Source: Diadema antillarum
Taxonomy: Eukaryota
Reading direction: 5' to 3'
Assembly: GCF_040938485.1 (NCBI RefSeq)
Contig: NW_027271115.1
Span: 3,162,001 to 3,226,000, forward strand
Length of the DNA: 64,000 nucleotides
The notes beneath the pieces were generated by a model. That model searched no databases, was not told where the DNA came from, and saw only the letters and a list, made by a program, of their open reading frames with translations. A program made the position numbers and the translations under genes. How positions within the stretch are numbered: position 1 is the stretch's first letter; every line of letters begins with the position of its first letter. Positions 25,143 to 37,299 of the stretch are shown piece after piece.

Positions 25143-27783
25143 GTACGTGTACAGGGTTGCCCAGAAAGAACGGAACACATAAGATCTTTAATTTCAGTAA
25201 TATAGTTGCAAATATATCATTATTTTGCATACTATTGGAAAAGCCATTTCTCTTCCAATAGAATGACACAAAGTTGTTTGGTTGATGCGTTATGATTTTA
25301 GGACCATTTCTGTCAACCCTTGCCATTTTCAAAATGTGATCATTTTGCACTCTCAGAGATACCGAAACCAGCGAGAATTCGGCTTGCCATAGAACTAGTA
25401 GCGTTCACAATGTGTGGAATGTGGGGCGGAGGGTGTAATTGTCATTGTCCGTTATCATTGTGAATAATGTGAATGTCATTGTGAATATCATTGTGAATGC
25501 TACTGGTTCTATGGCAAGCCGAATTCTCGTTGGTTTCAGTATCTCTCAGAGTACAAAATGATCACATTTTGAAAATTGCAAGGGTCGACAAAAATGGTTC
25601 TAAAAATCCTAACACATTGCATTAACCAAAATTAAAGAGCTTGGTGTCATTCTATTGGAAAAAGAGTCGTCTTTCCAAAAGTGTGCAAAATAATGACACA
25701 TTTTTAACAATATTGCTGAAATTAAAGATCTTAGGTGTTCCGTTCTTTCTGGGCCACCCTGTATATATTTATAAAGTAGTAAAAGTTTGAGCCCAAATTG
25801 TTCAGTATAGGACCTAGTTGTTTTTGAATCTCTCAGACATTTCAAAAACGATTTTCATTTAATGAACTTTGGATTCCTCTTAGAACTGAATGCTCTTTCT
25901 CATTATCTCACAAAACAAGTGAAAAATCTGAAGCCCCATATCAACCAAAAATATATCTTCCCTTAAATTACCGTTCTTATTATCAATCACCCGATTGACA
26001 TTCATTATTCAGGTTATCAAATTAGTCTAAAATATGATAACTGGGCGATGTGCTATCAAGTGGTCATCCAATTATCAATTGTTCATAGTTTTGAGTCATC
26101 TGTTTCATTTTAAGGATTGGATGTCTGGGGCGGATCCAGGAATTCCGTAAAAAAAGGGGCGCCTTTACCATATCAAAAGGGTGCACCCCCCCATTTTTTC
26201 ATTTTATTTCTTTTGTTTCAATAAAAATAAAAGGGGGGGGGGCGCACCTGGTGCATCACCGCATGGATCCGCCACTGGTATATTGATAAGTCGGGCAAGC
26301 TTCAGCCACAACCTATACGGAAGTGTTAAACCATCATTATGGAGAGAAAATGCAGAATACTCGAAACGTTTGAATATACAGTGATGTAAGTGAAACAGTC
26401 AGTCGCATATCATTTTTAAAGAAGTTGTATTTAGCTTCCAGCGTACTCGGGCAAACTCTATAGAACATGTTCGTTCCTCTCTTTTTTCCGAAAGAGTTTT
26501 CATAAAAGTAAGGGGGTAATTTCAGCATAATCTAATCCCACAGTTGTTGGTCCCAGCCTTACTGTCTTCTCCATTGACCGATACTTGATGCGGTGACGTC
26601 AATGTTAATTTTCCCAGCCCTAAATTAATCCTTAATCCTATCCCATACCCCTAGTCTATAAGCCCACGTCCATAAACACTTGTTTCGAATTCTTAAATGC
26701 AAAAGTTAGTTCTAGTCTTCTTGATATCATATTCCAGCAGGAAATTAACCCCCATGTGAGTTGTAGAATAAATTTGTTACTTTGTCCATTTGAATCAAAG
26801 GTTGTGTTCATGAAGTCAAACTAATTAAGCGCTTCCGTCATTATTATTATCTAGATCATAATACACCATGACAAATGTCGATTATGTTGAGAAAGTAATG
26901 CTATCATATACTTTCGTATCGAGTGATCGCAAGAAAGTGCATAGTTTCGAAATTTCTGCGTCCTCTTCCTAAATTACCGGATCATTACACTGATTTAAAT
27001 GACACTGACTTGTTCAAAATAAGTCATAAAACTGTGCAATATTGAACGTGTGAGTGATTGATAACACCTGGTTGTCATTAATAAAAACAGACAATCTGGG
27101 CAATCTTTGTACATGTATCTATTATGAATATAATCAGTTGTACTGATATTGCTTATGGAGTGTCGAAAATATAAAGCAAAATTGAATGATTCTTTGATGA
27201 ATATTATCGAGCTGAAATAAAAATGGATTCATCTGGTTGCTCTTTCAGAGGTGGTTTGCGAAGGATGCCACGCAGTAATAGCAGGTATGAACATGGAGCT
27301 CTGCTTTGTACTTAGTTTTATTTTTTTTTTCTCTCCTTGTCATCACATCATCAATAATGCTTCGTAAGCAGTTGTTAACGTCCATGAACTACGCAAAGGT
27401 TTTTTTTTTTTTCAACAACCAAAAAAAGTTCTTCCTTGACTCTATGCTAATTTCTATGTTTATGCTGGTGTCCTTTAATCTTTAGTGTCGTAATTATGAG
27501 ATAATGCGCTTTTGCAAGATTTTATTCGGACAATCGGACAATTCAATGTGGCTTCGATCCGAGATAGGCCTAAAATACACTCAGGGTTATCTGCAGAGTA
27601 TCTGGTTTTGAGAACTCCGAAGAAGAATCGTAACTACAAAATCGAAGTCGATCATACGGCATGATGTTAGATTGACAGATAAGTCGATATATGTAATAGT
27701 GATTGATCATAACCATCTATTATTATGCCCTTGATATAAAAGAATTCAGACAAGAGGTAAAAGAGTGATAGTGTATTTGTGCA

Positions 27784-27833
<50 letters not shown>

Positions 27834-29797
27834 TTTATGTTTGCGTGTAATCTCGATTGACTGCATGTGCAGAGAGTCAATTCTTGTCAAGTCTTTATAA
27901 CTCCTCTTTATACGTCGGAGTTGATGATTACAACTGCTTATACACTTCACACTTTAATGGAGTTATTGCCAGTGAACATTTTGATTTTGTATTTGTTTCT
28001 AGAGGCGAATAAGATCTTGGGGAAGGGGAAAAGGACCGACAAAGTGGTCAAGAACACGATGAAGGCCGTGTGTAATGTCCAGAGGCTGAATTCGTATGAG
28101 TTCAGTCCGCCCAACATGAATAAGGTCTGCGACTATTGGACAAGTGAGTATTACCGTGTGATTTTGATGATTAATGGATGGATACTTATACTGGTAGTAA
28201 CATATATTCTATAGCGGCGGTATCAAACATATTTGTAGTAATGTAAATGATGAATCATAATGTGAATCATAACAGTTACTAATGGCAGTGACAATGATAC
28301 AATGGATCGTCAGTCATCACAAGGGCGGATCCATGAGGGGGGGGGGGGGAGGCGCTTTTACAGAATTAAAAAGGGGCGCACGTGCCCATCCATTTTTTCT
28401 TTTTATTTCTTTTGTTTTAACAAAAACTAAAGGGGAGGGGGCGCCCGGTGCGCCCCCTCTGGATCCGCAAGTGGTCAATAACGATAACAGTAAAAGCAAT
28501 TTATAATTTCCCCATACAAGTATACAATTCATGAACTAGTGATTAAAGAAACAAACCAACAGAGCAGTGATTTTCTCATCATGCTTGCTTATACATGTAC
28601 GAACATTATGTTTTATGAACATTATTACAATCGTATCAATATTCTCGTATCTTTTGCGATTATTGTTTTTATGTATCCTGTTGTGATTTTGTTCATCACT
28701 GTCACCTATAATTGCTGTTCGAATGAATAATTCTTGTTTTCGCTGCAACTGATCGACAGATTGCCATATACATCGACGTATAAAGATAAATAGATATGCA
28801 CCGCGAACATTCAGTTTATGTAAATAGTAGCCATGATACAATCGCATATAATGTGGCTGTGTATATTCCTGTTATTGTTCAAACAATCCCTTCTTCCAAC
28901 TCCGGAAAACAGAAATCGAGAGAGAGAGGGAGAGAGAGAGAGAGAGTAAGAGAGAGAGAGAAAAGAGGAAGAAGAAGAAGAAGAAGAAGAAGAAGAAGAG
29001 AGTGTACAACAAAGCAAAGCAAAAACAAAACCCCACAAATTCAATGATTATGATATTCGTAGAATGAGTATTATTTTCATAGCATAATGTCTTGTGAGCG
29101 CACACGTACATGACGACAGATCATGTAAAATAATATTAACGTTATCAAATGTCGACAAAACCACATAGCACAGGTTCACAATAGATTGATAACTACAAAC
29201 ATTCGCGAGCGACAAAATTATATTGTATAGTCCATGTGGTAATAACTCAATGATTCCTATTAATGATTTACCTTGTTCATTTATCACAATTCTATACTGG
29301 TGGCGGTCTATAAATAGCTGAGTCATTAATTCTAATACCNNNNNNNNNNNNNNNNNNNNNNNNNNNNNNNNNNNNNNNNNNNNNNNNNNNNNNNNNNNNN
29401 NNNNNNNNNNNNNNNNNNNNNNNNNNNNNNNNNNNNNNNNNNNNNNNNNNNNNNNNNNNNNNNNNNNNNNNNNNNNNNNNNNNNNNNNNNNNNNNNNNNN
29501 NNNNNNNNNNNNNNNNNNNNNNNNNNNNNNNNNNNNNNNNNNNNNNNNNNNNNNNNNNNNNNNNNNNNNNNNNNNNNNNNNNNNNNNNNNNNNNNNNNNN
29601 NNNNAATAATAATGTGTTAAATAATACATGGCGTGCCGGTAACAAAGCTTAAAACCCATTCGCCTCTCTTTGCATGGATCCTCTGCTTTCGAACTAATAT
29701 TGAATGATATTTTATGTCCTTTCTCCCTCTGCTTCTATTCCGAAGTTATCTTGTATTTTTATTGGTGAAATTGGACGCTACTTCGACTATTTATCCG

Positions 29798-29830
<33 letters not shown>

Positions 29831-31314
29831 CCACACAAACACACACATGTGTGTACATTATGATATAAATGTGTGTGTGTATTTATTCCTATGTAGGGGC
29901 CTAAGTGAGATAATGTAAATAATGTATCTTTCACATTGTTCGCGTCTAATATCTACTACATACACCTCAAAATTATACTGAAAATCTCCGTCTTCACAAT
30001 GAGATAAAGCCTCGTGACACCCACTGTCAAACATGTTTCTTATGTGGCATCCCTTTGCTTCTTCTGTCCAGCAAACTACATGTCGGAGATCACGGCAGCC
30101 CTGACCAACGGTCTACCCGAGGAGGAGCAGGAGATTGAACTCTGCTTCGTGACCACCGATATCTGTAAAGGAGTCGATCGATCAAAGTTTAGGATCAACA
30201 AGTATCAAGGACCAGTGAGTTCAGAATCGTTTATAGGATGAAAATGAATACAGTATGAATTTAAAAAAAAATGGAGATAGGTTTTATTTTTCCTCTCAAT
30301 ACTCACTTTTGAATGATTATCTTTTTTCTTATTAGAATCCAGCATTCAGTGTGTTACTGAAAATAATTTAAAAAAAATATTTTCGACTTCTATCCTATAA
30401 AGCTATGTCGACTGTTTTTTTTTAATATTATTTTCAGACCCAGAGCAATATAACATTTACTCCCTTATATCAACTCATCAAAGATATTGTCATTTATCAA
30501 GAAGTCGTCTGTTTACTTTAAATTTGTCTAAACACAACCATTAACACCATGTCCCATCTCAAGGTGCAAATGTACATGTAACGCCATCCATTCTTTCAAG
30601 CAGTTATATCCATTTAATGTCGACTGAAGATGACACTTATACAGATATTGCATGCGATGTCAAATAAGAGTTCAATCTATCCCTAGATCTACCTGTCAGA
30701 AATGAAAGTTACAGTTCAGCTTTTGTTTTTGTTGAATGCTATAGGTCCTATAATATATACGGGGGGACTTCCAGTCACTTTGCTAAAGGCGTAATTGTGA
30801 CTATTGTAAACTTTGTAAGGGATGCACCTCGTGACGAGAGAAGTTATGTTTTACAATAATTTCAATACGATATTCCATCAAGTTCTACAATCTTATGGTG
30901 CGTATGATGGGGATAAGTGGGATTTTTGGTAAGCAGAACGAACGAAAAATCTTCTTTTTAAAGTCTTTACAATCCTGCATTTGCAATTATGAGCTTATTG
31001 CTTAATAATTTTTAATTTTGTTAGTTTATCTTTGATATCTCTATATTGTTTTGCTTCTTATTCAGAGCAAGAGGAAAATCCAAGCTGCACTAAAGGCGGC
31101 GAAGGGTGAAACGGACTCCAGCGTTCAGGACGGGGAAGATGATGAGGAGAAAGCTGGCGACGACGTCACAACCACGGAACCAACGCCGACACGGACCGAA
31201 CAGGAAGAAAAGGAAGACGAACCAAAGAAGGAGGGGAAGAAAGAAGAGAAACAGAAGAAAAAGAAAGGCTCGAAGAAAGGAAAGAAATCAAAAGACTCTA
31301 AGGATGAACTTTGA
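24935..31314 (+). CDS. uncharacterised ER-resident saposin-B/Canopy-like protein, 221 aa, signal peptide + C-terminal KDEL
   Basis: Exons 24935-25031 (97 nt), 27249-27284 (36), 28003-28143 (141), 30072-30214 (143), 31066-31314 (249); phases compatible, GT-AG, 666 nt. Protein: MQLSSVLVSHLLLVVNLLHHAQG-EMKPTKFAKEVVCEGCHAVIAEANKILGKGKRTDKVVKNTMKAVCNVQRLNSYEFSPPNMNKVCDYWTTNYMSEITAALTNGLPEEEQEIELCFVTTDICKGVDRSKF...acidic/Lys-rich tail...SKDSKDEL*. Six Cys in saposin order (CxxC...C...C...Cx6C). Confidence 0.9.
25080..25141. repeat. (TA)n microsatellite
   Basis: Direct reading. Confidence 0.95.
25152..25761. mobile_element. TA-flanked Tc1/mariner-type MITE with ~260-bp inverted arms
   Basis: TA|CAGGGTTGCCCAGAAAGAACGGAACAC ... 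GTGTTCCGTTCTTTCTGGGCCACCCTG|TA; central (cattgtgaat)-like tandem; adjoins a (TA)n tract. Confidence 0.85.
26127..26277. mobile_element. short interspersed GGCGGATCC-ended MITE (copy 1)
   Basis: ggggcggatccagg ... tggatccgccactg; second copy at 28322-28474. Confidence 0.7.
27788..27826. repeat. (GT)n microsatellite
   Basis: Direct reading. Confidence 0.95.
28322..28474. mobile_element. short interspersed GGCGGATCC-ended MITE (copy 2)
   Basis: agggcggatcca ... ggcgcccggtgcgccccctctggatccgc; same internal layout as 26127-26277. Confidence 0.7.
28918..28998. repeat. compound (GA)n/(GAA)n microsatellite
   Basis: Direct reading. Confidence 0.95.
29340..29604. other. assembly gap (265 N)
   Basis: Run of N in the intron between coding exons 3 and 4 of the saposin/KDEL gene. 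Confidence 0.99.
29800..29828. repeat. (CA)n microsatellite
   Basis: Direct reading. Confidence 0.95.
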
Positions 31315-31609
31315 TGATCATCGAAACACCTTTTACTTATCTTATCGAGACAAATTTCATAAATGAAAACACAAATTGATACTCACTAATGAGGTGACAT
31401 TATTTCGAATACCGATGAATGTACTATCTGACGCGTACTGAAATGCTTTACTTCTGAATAATTTCGTTTTCGTGCTTAGTGTGTGTGCTAAGTCGCCAAG
31501 AAATGAAACACTCGTTTTACGGATATATACTAATCAGAAAGTGTCCATGTACGCATTTAAATTGTATTCATATCATTTTGTGTCCTTATTTTATCTGAAA
31601 TGTACTCTA

Positions 31610-32420
31610 TAGGTTTTCCCGCCCATTTTCGCCATCATTTGTAATTCAGTTATGTAAAATGTGTTTTCAATTTCGCCTCGGACACTGATGGAATGTGCCA
31701 ATGCTAGTTTTAAGGAATTTTCGTCTTTTGTCGATCAATTTTGAAAAGTTGTCATTAGATTCCGTGCTCTGTCGCCCATTTTCGTCAGCTGCAATATACA
31801 AGTGCGTCGATCACAGCAGCCGAGCACGAGGCAACAAAATTAATTTTGTCTATTGGCATTTATTTTCATCTGAGTTTTACTCTAAATCGTTTTCATACAC
31901 AGTACATTATGCTCTGCAAATTATTGCCATAATACTCAGTACATTTACGTCACTTTAACCATACATAAAAACACATTTTCGTCGCTCATATAATCATACC
32001 TAACACTTTTTTTTTGTTCACAGCACTCACTTTCTCGTAGCTATCCAGTCGACGGAAATGGTTTAAAATCTAGCTGGCTTACCCTCTATATAAGGGCCCA
32101 TAATACTTGGAATTTGAATGACCAAATGATTAATTATGTTTGGAAAATGACGCATTTGATCCTGCACTCCTATATTTACTAAGCGGCAACGACGAATTAC
32201 AGTGACAGCTTTGACGAATATGAATGCTTAGCCTTTCAACTTGATTGACAAAATATGAATATGAAGGAAAATTTGACGAAATTAAACCTATTGAACTTAG
32301 TAAGCTCCTTCGGACGAAATTTAATTGAAAGTTGATGAAATTGAATCGAAAGTTGACGAACTTGAATTGAAAGCTAATGAAATTGAATGAAGAGATGACG
32401 AAAATGGGCAGGAAAGCCTA
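31610..32420. mobile_element. degenerate inverted-repeat element with internal ~20-bp tandem units
   Basis: TIR taggttttcccgcccattttcgccatc / gatgacgaaaatgggcaggaaagccta; ttttcgtc units on the left, gacgaaa / aattgaaagttgacgaa units on the right. Confidence 0.55.
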
Positions 32421-33164
32421 AATCTTCATGACATCAAGTGAGTCGACGATATGTGAATGACAAGCATTAGACCGGTTAAACAGCCTCAATAGCAGAAAAC
32501 CTATATAACGTTACGTTTGTATAGCGTCAAGGCGAATTCAAACGAGAGCCACCACCTATCCGCCAAAACTGATAGGAATATTCAAGACATCTTTTCTGCA
32601 AACAGGCATGGGGCGAGGGTTTAGCTGCAAATCTGATACATTCTCGTGTGAATAGGCTTTCCTTCATGTACCACTCAAAGGCCGGAGTATCATGCGATAA
32701 CTGTTTTTTACTACACAATGCATTTGATTAACAAACTAAAGTAAACGTAAGGATCATTAAAGAATAACTACTGTATGACCATCTGATTTATGGTTCAATA
32801 AAGATCGAGTATACGAGTTTTGCAGTAATCATCTAACTCGTGCGTTCTATCGCAAATTCAAAATACAAATGTACTTTCTCCTCTGAGCCACGTGTCTGAC
32901 GAATAGAAAATACAGAAACAGTTGACGCAGACATTTTTTTTTCCATAAACACGTATATAGTGAGACACAACATGCGCAATCATCACACACGCACATACAC
33001 ACTGGCACACATAAAAACACGCCTCAGTAAATTGGCCCTAACTCGGGCATGTTCGAAGGAAAGACTTGTTCGCCCCTCCAACATGGGCGCATCTCATAGG
33101 CCAGCATTCCTATTGGCTAGGTACAGTACCACCACATTTTTTTTTTTTTTTTTTTAACCAAAAG

Positions 33165-33246
33165 CCTGGATTGGTAAACTTACACCACATACCTGGATTG
33201 GTAAACTTACACTAAATAGGCCTACCTGGATTGGTAAACTTACACC
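33165..33246 (+). repeat. three copies of cctggattggtaaacttacac
   Basis: Identical 21-mers starting at 33165, 33192 and 33225. Confidence 0.9.
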
Positions 33247-33279
33247 ACGGATTTGAATTGTATATCCTCGCTGTGATTA

Positions 33280-33850
33280 CAGAGGGATATACCCGAAATA
33301 TTGGGTGGATTTGGCGAATGTAGAAATACTAGTAATACACATCAGTGAAGTTTGAGGAAAATCGGTCAATCTGTTCATAAGTCATGAAGTTTGGTGGTTT
33401 TGATGGATTCCAATCGATGTAGGCCTATTAATTGGCCAAGAACATAAGAATATGAAGGAAATTGATACATGTAATTCAATATTATATTTTCATTTTTCTA
33501 GAATGATGAAATAGCACTTGACTTTACCCATTTCAGAAAGCTGCGGGAAGAATACTCTGCCTTAACACAGTCATGTCAGTAGCAAGTTGAATGAATGTGG
33601 ACTTCTTTTGAGATGACATTTTGTGAAATTGTCTTTGTTTATTTTCATAATATCCTTGCCTTATCCTGTGATATATCAAATTGTCTTTTCTTTGTCTTCA
33701 TTATGTAGCGATGACAGCACTATGATCTAACGAAAACTTTACAAATTCATAGCATTTGGTCAAATATATTGTAGACTTGATTCTCCTCATGCCTCACTAA
33801 AGTGTAATGCTAATATCTTTACATTCACTGAATCCACAGATATATTTGAA
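33280..33850. mobile_element. diverged relative of the 11128-11702 element
   Basis: Shares cacatcagtgaa(a)gtttgaggaaaat and its inverted counterpart; boundaries approximate. Confidence 0.5.
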
Positions 33851-35612
33851 ATAAATTTTCTTGATTTCCTAAAGAAACACTTAAGGTTTCCAGAAGCAAC
33901 GCAGTCGATTTGACTGCGGTCCTATTTTGCGACCAAGAACGTCTACAGGCAGCTAAACTATTCTTGTAACGGAAATACTTCACAAGCAAAGACTCACGAA
34001 CCTTTGCGCGCGCACGCACACACACACACACACACACTTACAAACAGTGTGAAAGAGATTGATATAAGTTGAAACAGCTACTACTAGTTTATATACACCC
34101 AGAAAACAAAGTGTGCAGAAAGAGGAATGCACATACAATTTACATACACATAATATGAGCTGAAGAACTGATCATATCAGGAAATTTTAATGACTCATTT
34201 CTGATTAAGTTACATGCGCAAAGCCAGTTGGACAATGTTCTTGAAATTAAAGACACCAACTACTTGAGTAGATAAAACTTGATTTCAAAAGATATGTGAT
34301 CAACTGTGAGAAGAAAACTGATTTATGTGATGAACCAATCCATAAATGCACATTTAAGAATTAAAAAAGAAATCATGCAAGTAATGAAAGAAAAACGGTA
34401 CCCCTCTTTCCATGCTCTTTTATGTGAAGAACATTATGGAGCAGAAACATCTATACTAACTAGTGCAAAGCTGTGTACTCTTTCTTTTAAGTTTGCAACT
34501 ACATGTACAGTAATTCATACCGAACCCTAATGCGTAAAAAGATGCAATCAAACGTAAGCCAGATAATCAAACATAAGTCAGGTGCAAAGTCATCAGCCAA
34601 TGAGAGTTGAGTATTCAGAGATTTATGTTTGATTTTCTAACTCATGTTTGATTTTTTTTTTAATCTCACATCATAAGTAACAGGGCCCTGGTACATTAAA
34701 ACAGGTATGCCGTAGAAAGCTGACTGCTATAGGGTTTGGATTTGATAGCACGCATCATCAAGCAGCAGCACGCCAGGAGATGTGTCCACATGGAGTGGAG
34801 CAAAGGGGGAGTGCTACAGTTGTGAGTGCCATTCCTGAAACCTGGCAGGGTGATGATATAATTACTGCAAGGTGCTTTGAGCACCCGAGGCGGTGGAAAG
34901 ATGCTACACAACTATGACTTCCCGGAGCTCATTACTGTCATAATTACTGGTATATGTGCATCTATCTCCATATGGCATGCTAGAGTACAGGTAAATGCAC
35001 AGGTGGTGTGCAGCAATTAATCTCTCTTAACAAATCAAGAGTACATACTCTCCAGGCACAGACATACTGAGAAATAGACATACATGTACCGAGCACTCCA
35101 AGTGACAAACATGTTACTGTACATAACTATACAGTGTAGGTTGTAATGCATGCCTCTATCTCACGAGGGTTACAACATTACGACTCGTAATAATCTATTC
35201 GATACAATAAATGCCATAAATTGAAAACTTTATCACAAGCTGGTGCTATTTTGTTTGAATTTTCACCTTCATGGCATGGTTTTGGCAATTTCATTTCATT
35301 TCAATTCTTAGTCTCATATTACAAAAGTAAGAAAATGCTTTCAATGTCAGCCTAAAATGCATGTAGCTGAATTGTCTTCTCATTCAAACATCGCACATGA
35401 TGAAAGTTAGGATGAACAAGAATACTTCTAACCAGCAACAGTAGCTTACTTTGCAAGTGTCCACTCCATGTGAAGATACCTACCAGAACACAATTAAGCT
35501 CTGCCTACATATGATCATGAATATCTAAAAAACATGGAAATTTGATTCCTTAAAAAAGAACAGTATCAACATAGATATAACCAAAACTAAACCACTTTGT
35601 ACTAACATCACG

Positions 35613-35618
35613 TTTATT
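35613..35618 (-). other. candidate polyadenylation signal of GNPTG
   Basis: AATAAA on the minus strand about 1.7 kb past the 37300 stop (another at 36363-36368). Confidence 0.25.
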
Positions 35619-37020
35619 GTTGTCTGGACTGCACAGTAAAGTTGTTGTATTTGAATAATTCAATCTGTATCTCTATGATTTTCTTTCTAAGCACCTCTTT
35701 CAGCTGCAGAATGCTATCTTATTGCCTTGAACTCATTGGAAACATTATGAGAATTCCAAAGCCAGTTGTGAGCTTGGCATTTCATAGGGTAAAGGTTGCT
35801 CATGTACATGGGGCAATAACACTTCCTTCCAGAAGTCCTCATGGATTTCATCTGAGCAAGTTTGATCAAAATCATACGAGTGTGAATTTAGAACTGTGTC
35901 TGCTTTGATCCGAGTTAATTTGTCAGCCACAGGCTTTCAGTTCTAATTCAGTCTTCAAAGAACTAGAAACGCATATCAAGAATTGTAGGGATTCCAGTTA
36001 CTTAGTAGTTCCTCAACAGCACGTTTTTAGTTGTTGGGCTTCAACAACTAAAATTAAAAAGTTTAAAAAATATGGGGGGAGGGGACACAGATCTAGCAGC
36101 TATACTATTGCAAGCAGAATGGTGACGAGCAGTAACACATTTCATATTATGCTTCGAAGAACACAAGAATATATGCTTTATAACACTTAACTTCTCCAAC
36201 ATTCTAGCAGAGTAATGGAAATGAATCATATCCCACAATACTCCCTGAATACGCTTTAAAAAATCTCAGTGATACAATTCACTAAAAATATTTTGCTGAA
36301 ATGTAGCTGAAGTTCAAAATAAATGATGAGAAATATAACAAAATATTGAATGGCACGGAGTCTTTATTTTTTGCTGATTGCAGAAATTATTTCAAAATGT
36401 TCAGGCATTTGCAAAATGATCTAAAAATTTTATCATCAAGAAAATATCTCAATAAAAGTAGTATTCTGTTTTTTCAATGGCTACACAGAATTGATAATAC
36501 TCCACCTACAAAAAGAAGAAGAAAAATCTGTCTAGTTTGAAACAATGGTTCACAAATCCAACTGACTAGCAATGAATAAATAAGCCTCGAGTATGACTCT
36601 ACAAACAACAACACCACTACCGAACCTTGCTGTAGATGATACAAATGTGTACATAATCAGAAATATTGAACAATTTGGAATGTTTGTGCTCAGAGTCAAG
36701 CAAATCGCTGGACTTGCCACATGAAGTCAACCAATCCTGCCAAGCTGCCACTGACCTCGTTGTCATGGAGACAGCAGTTTGCATTGGCCCAGCTTTGAAA
36801 CAAACATCTACATGATATCTCCATGATTGTAGCATCACAGGCCCTCTCACAGGTGCACCAAAAATCTCAGATTGCCATAACGCTTTAAATGTGCCCTTGC
36901 TATTGTTAGACCAAGCTCCTGGGCAGGCCCCACTTACTGCTTGGCAAAGAAGAACTCACTGTCTCCAGTGCACCGTATGGTAAGGGTTATCGTCCTGGCA
37001 TCCAAACGGTTCAAACATGG

Positions 37021-37136
37021 TACAGACACCAAAGCTATCCCAGTCTCCATTTCTGGTGTATCAGCTTCAAAACATGGCAGATGTCCTACACTGTGTCTGA
37101 TGTTGCCTCATCATTAATTTGCTTAAAAACTTTAAC
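37021..37136 (-). repeat. duplicated conserved non-coding element, copy 1 (candidate structured RNA)
   Basis: Identical 26-mer atcagcttcaaaacatggcagatgtc at 37060-37085 and 38298-38323, with co-linear but diverged flanks. Confidence 0.8.
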
Positions 37137-37299
37137 ACCACAAAGAGCTTTGTCTTTTCTTTTTTTTTTCCTAAGGTGAAGAATGCAACATAGTAACAAT
37201 TTTTCTTTTCTTGGCTACAGTTGTGCAGGAGACAGTCAGAAGTTGCAATCGCAGAAGTTACATGTACATCACAGGTGATCACATGACCATCAGTTGGTG

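Noticed and set aside
28796-29111. Overlapping low-complexity ORFs (also those over the CA, TA and AAT tracts)
   Set aside because: Translations of microsatellites.
29048-29659. Longest ORFs in the track (203 and 117 aa)
   Set aside because: Open only because they run through the N gap.
33165-33246. Spaced direct repeats as a CRISPR-like array
   Set aside because: Eukaryotic context, only three units, spacers of 6-12 nt, no cas genes.
35920-35962. Minus-strand SLKTELELKACG* as a KTEL-ending GNPTG exon
   Set aside because: Needs phase 2 whereas exon 10 ends in phase 1, and KTEL is not terminal.
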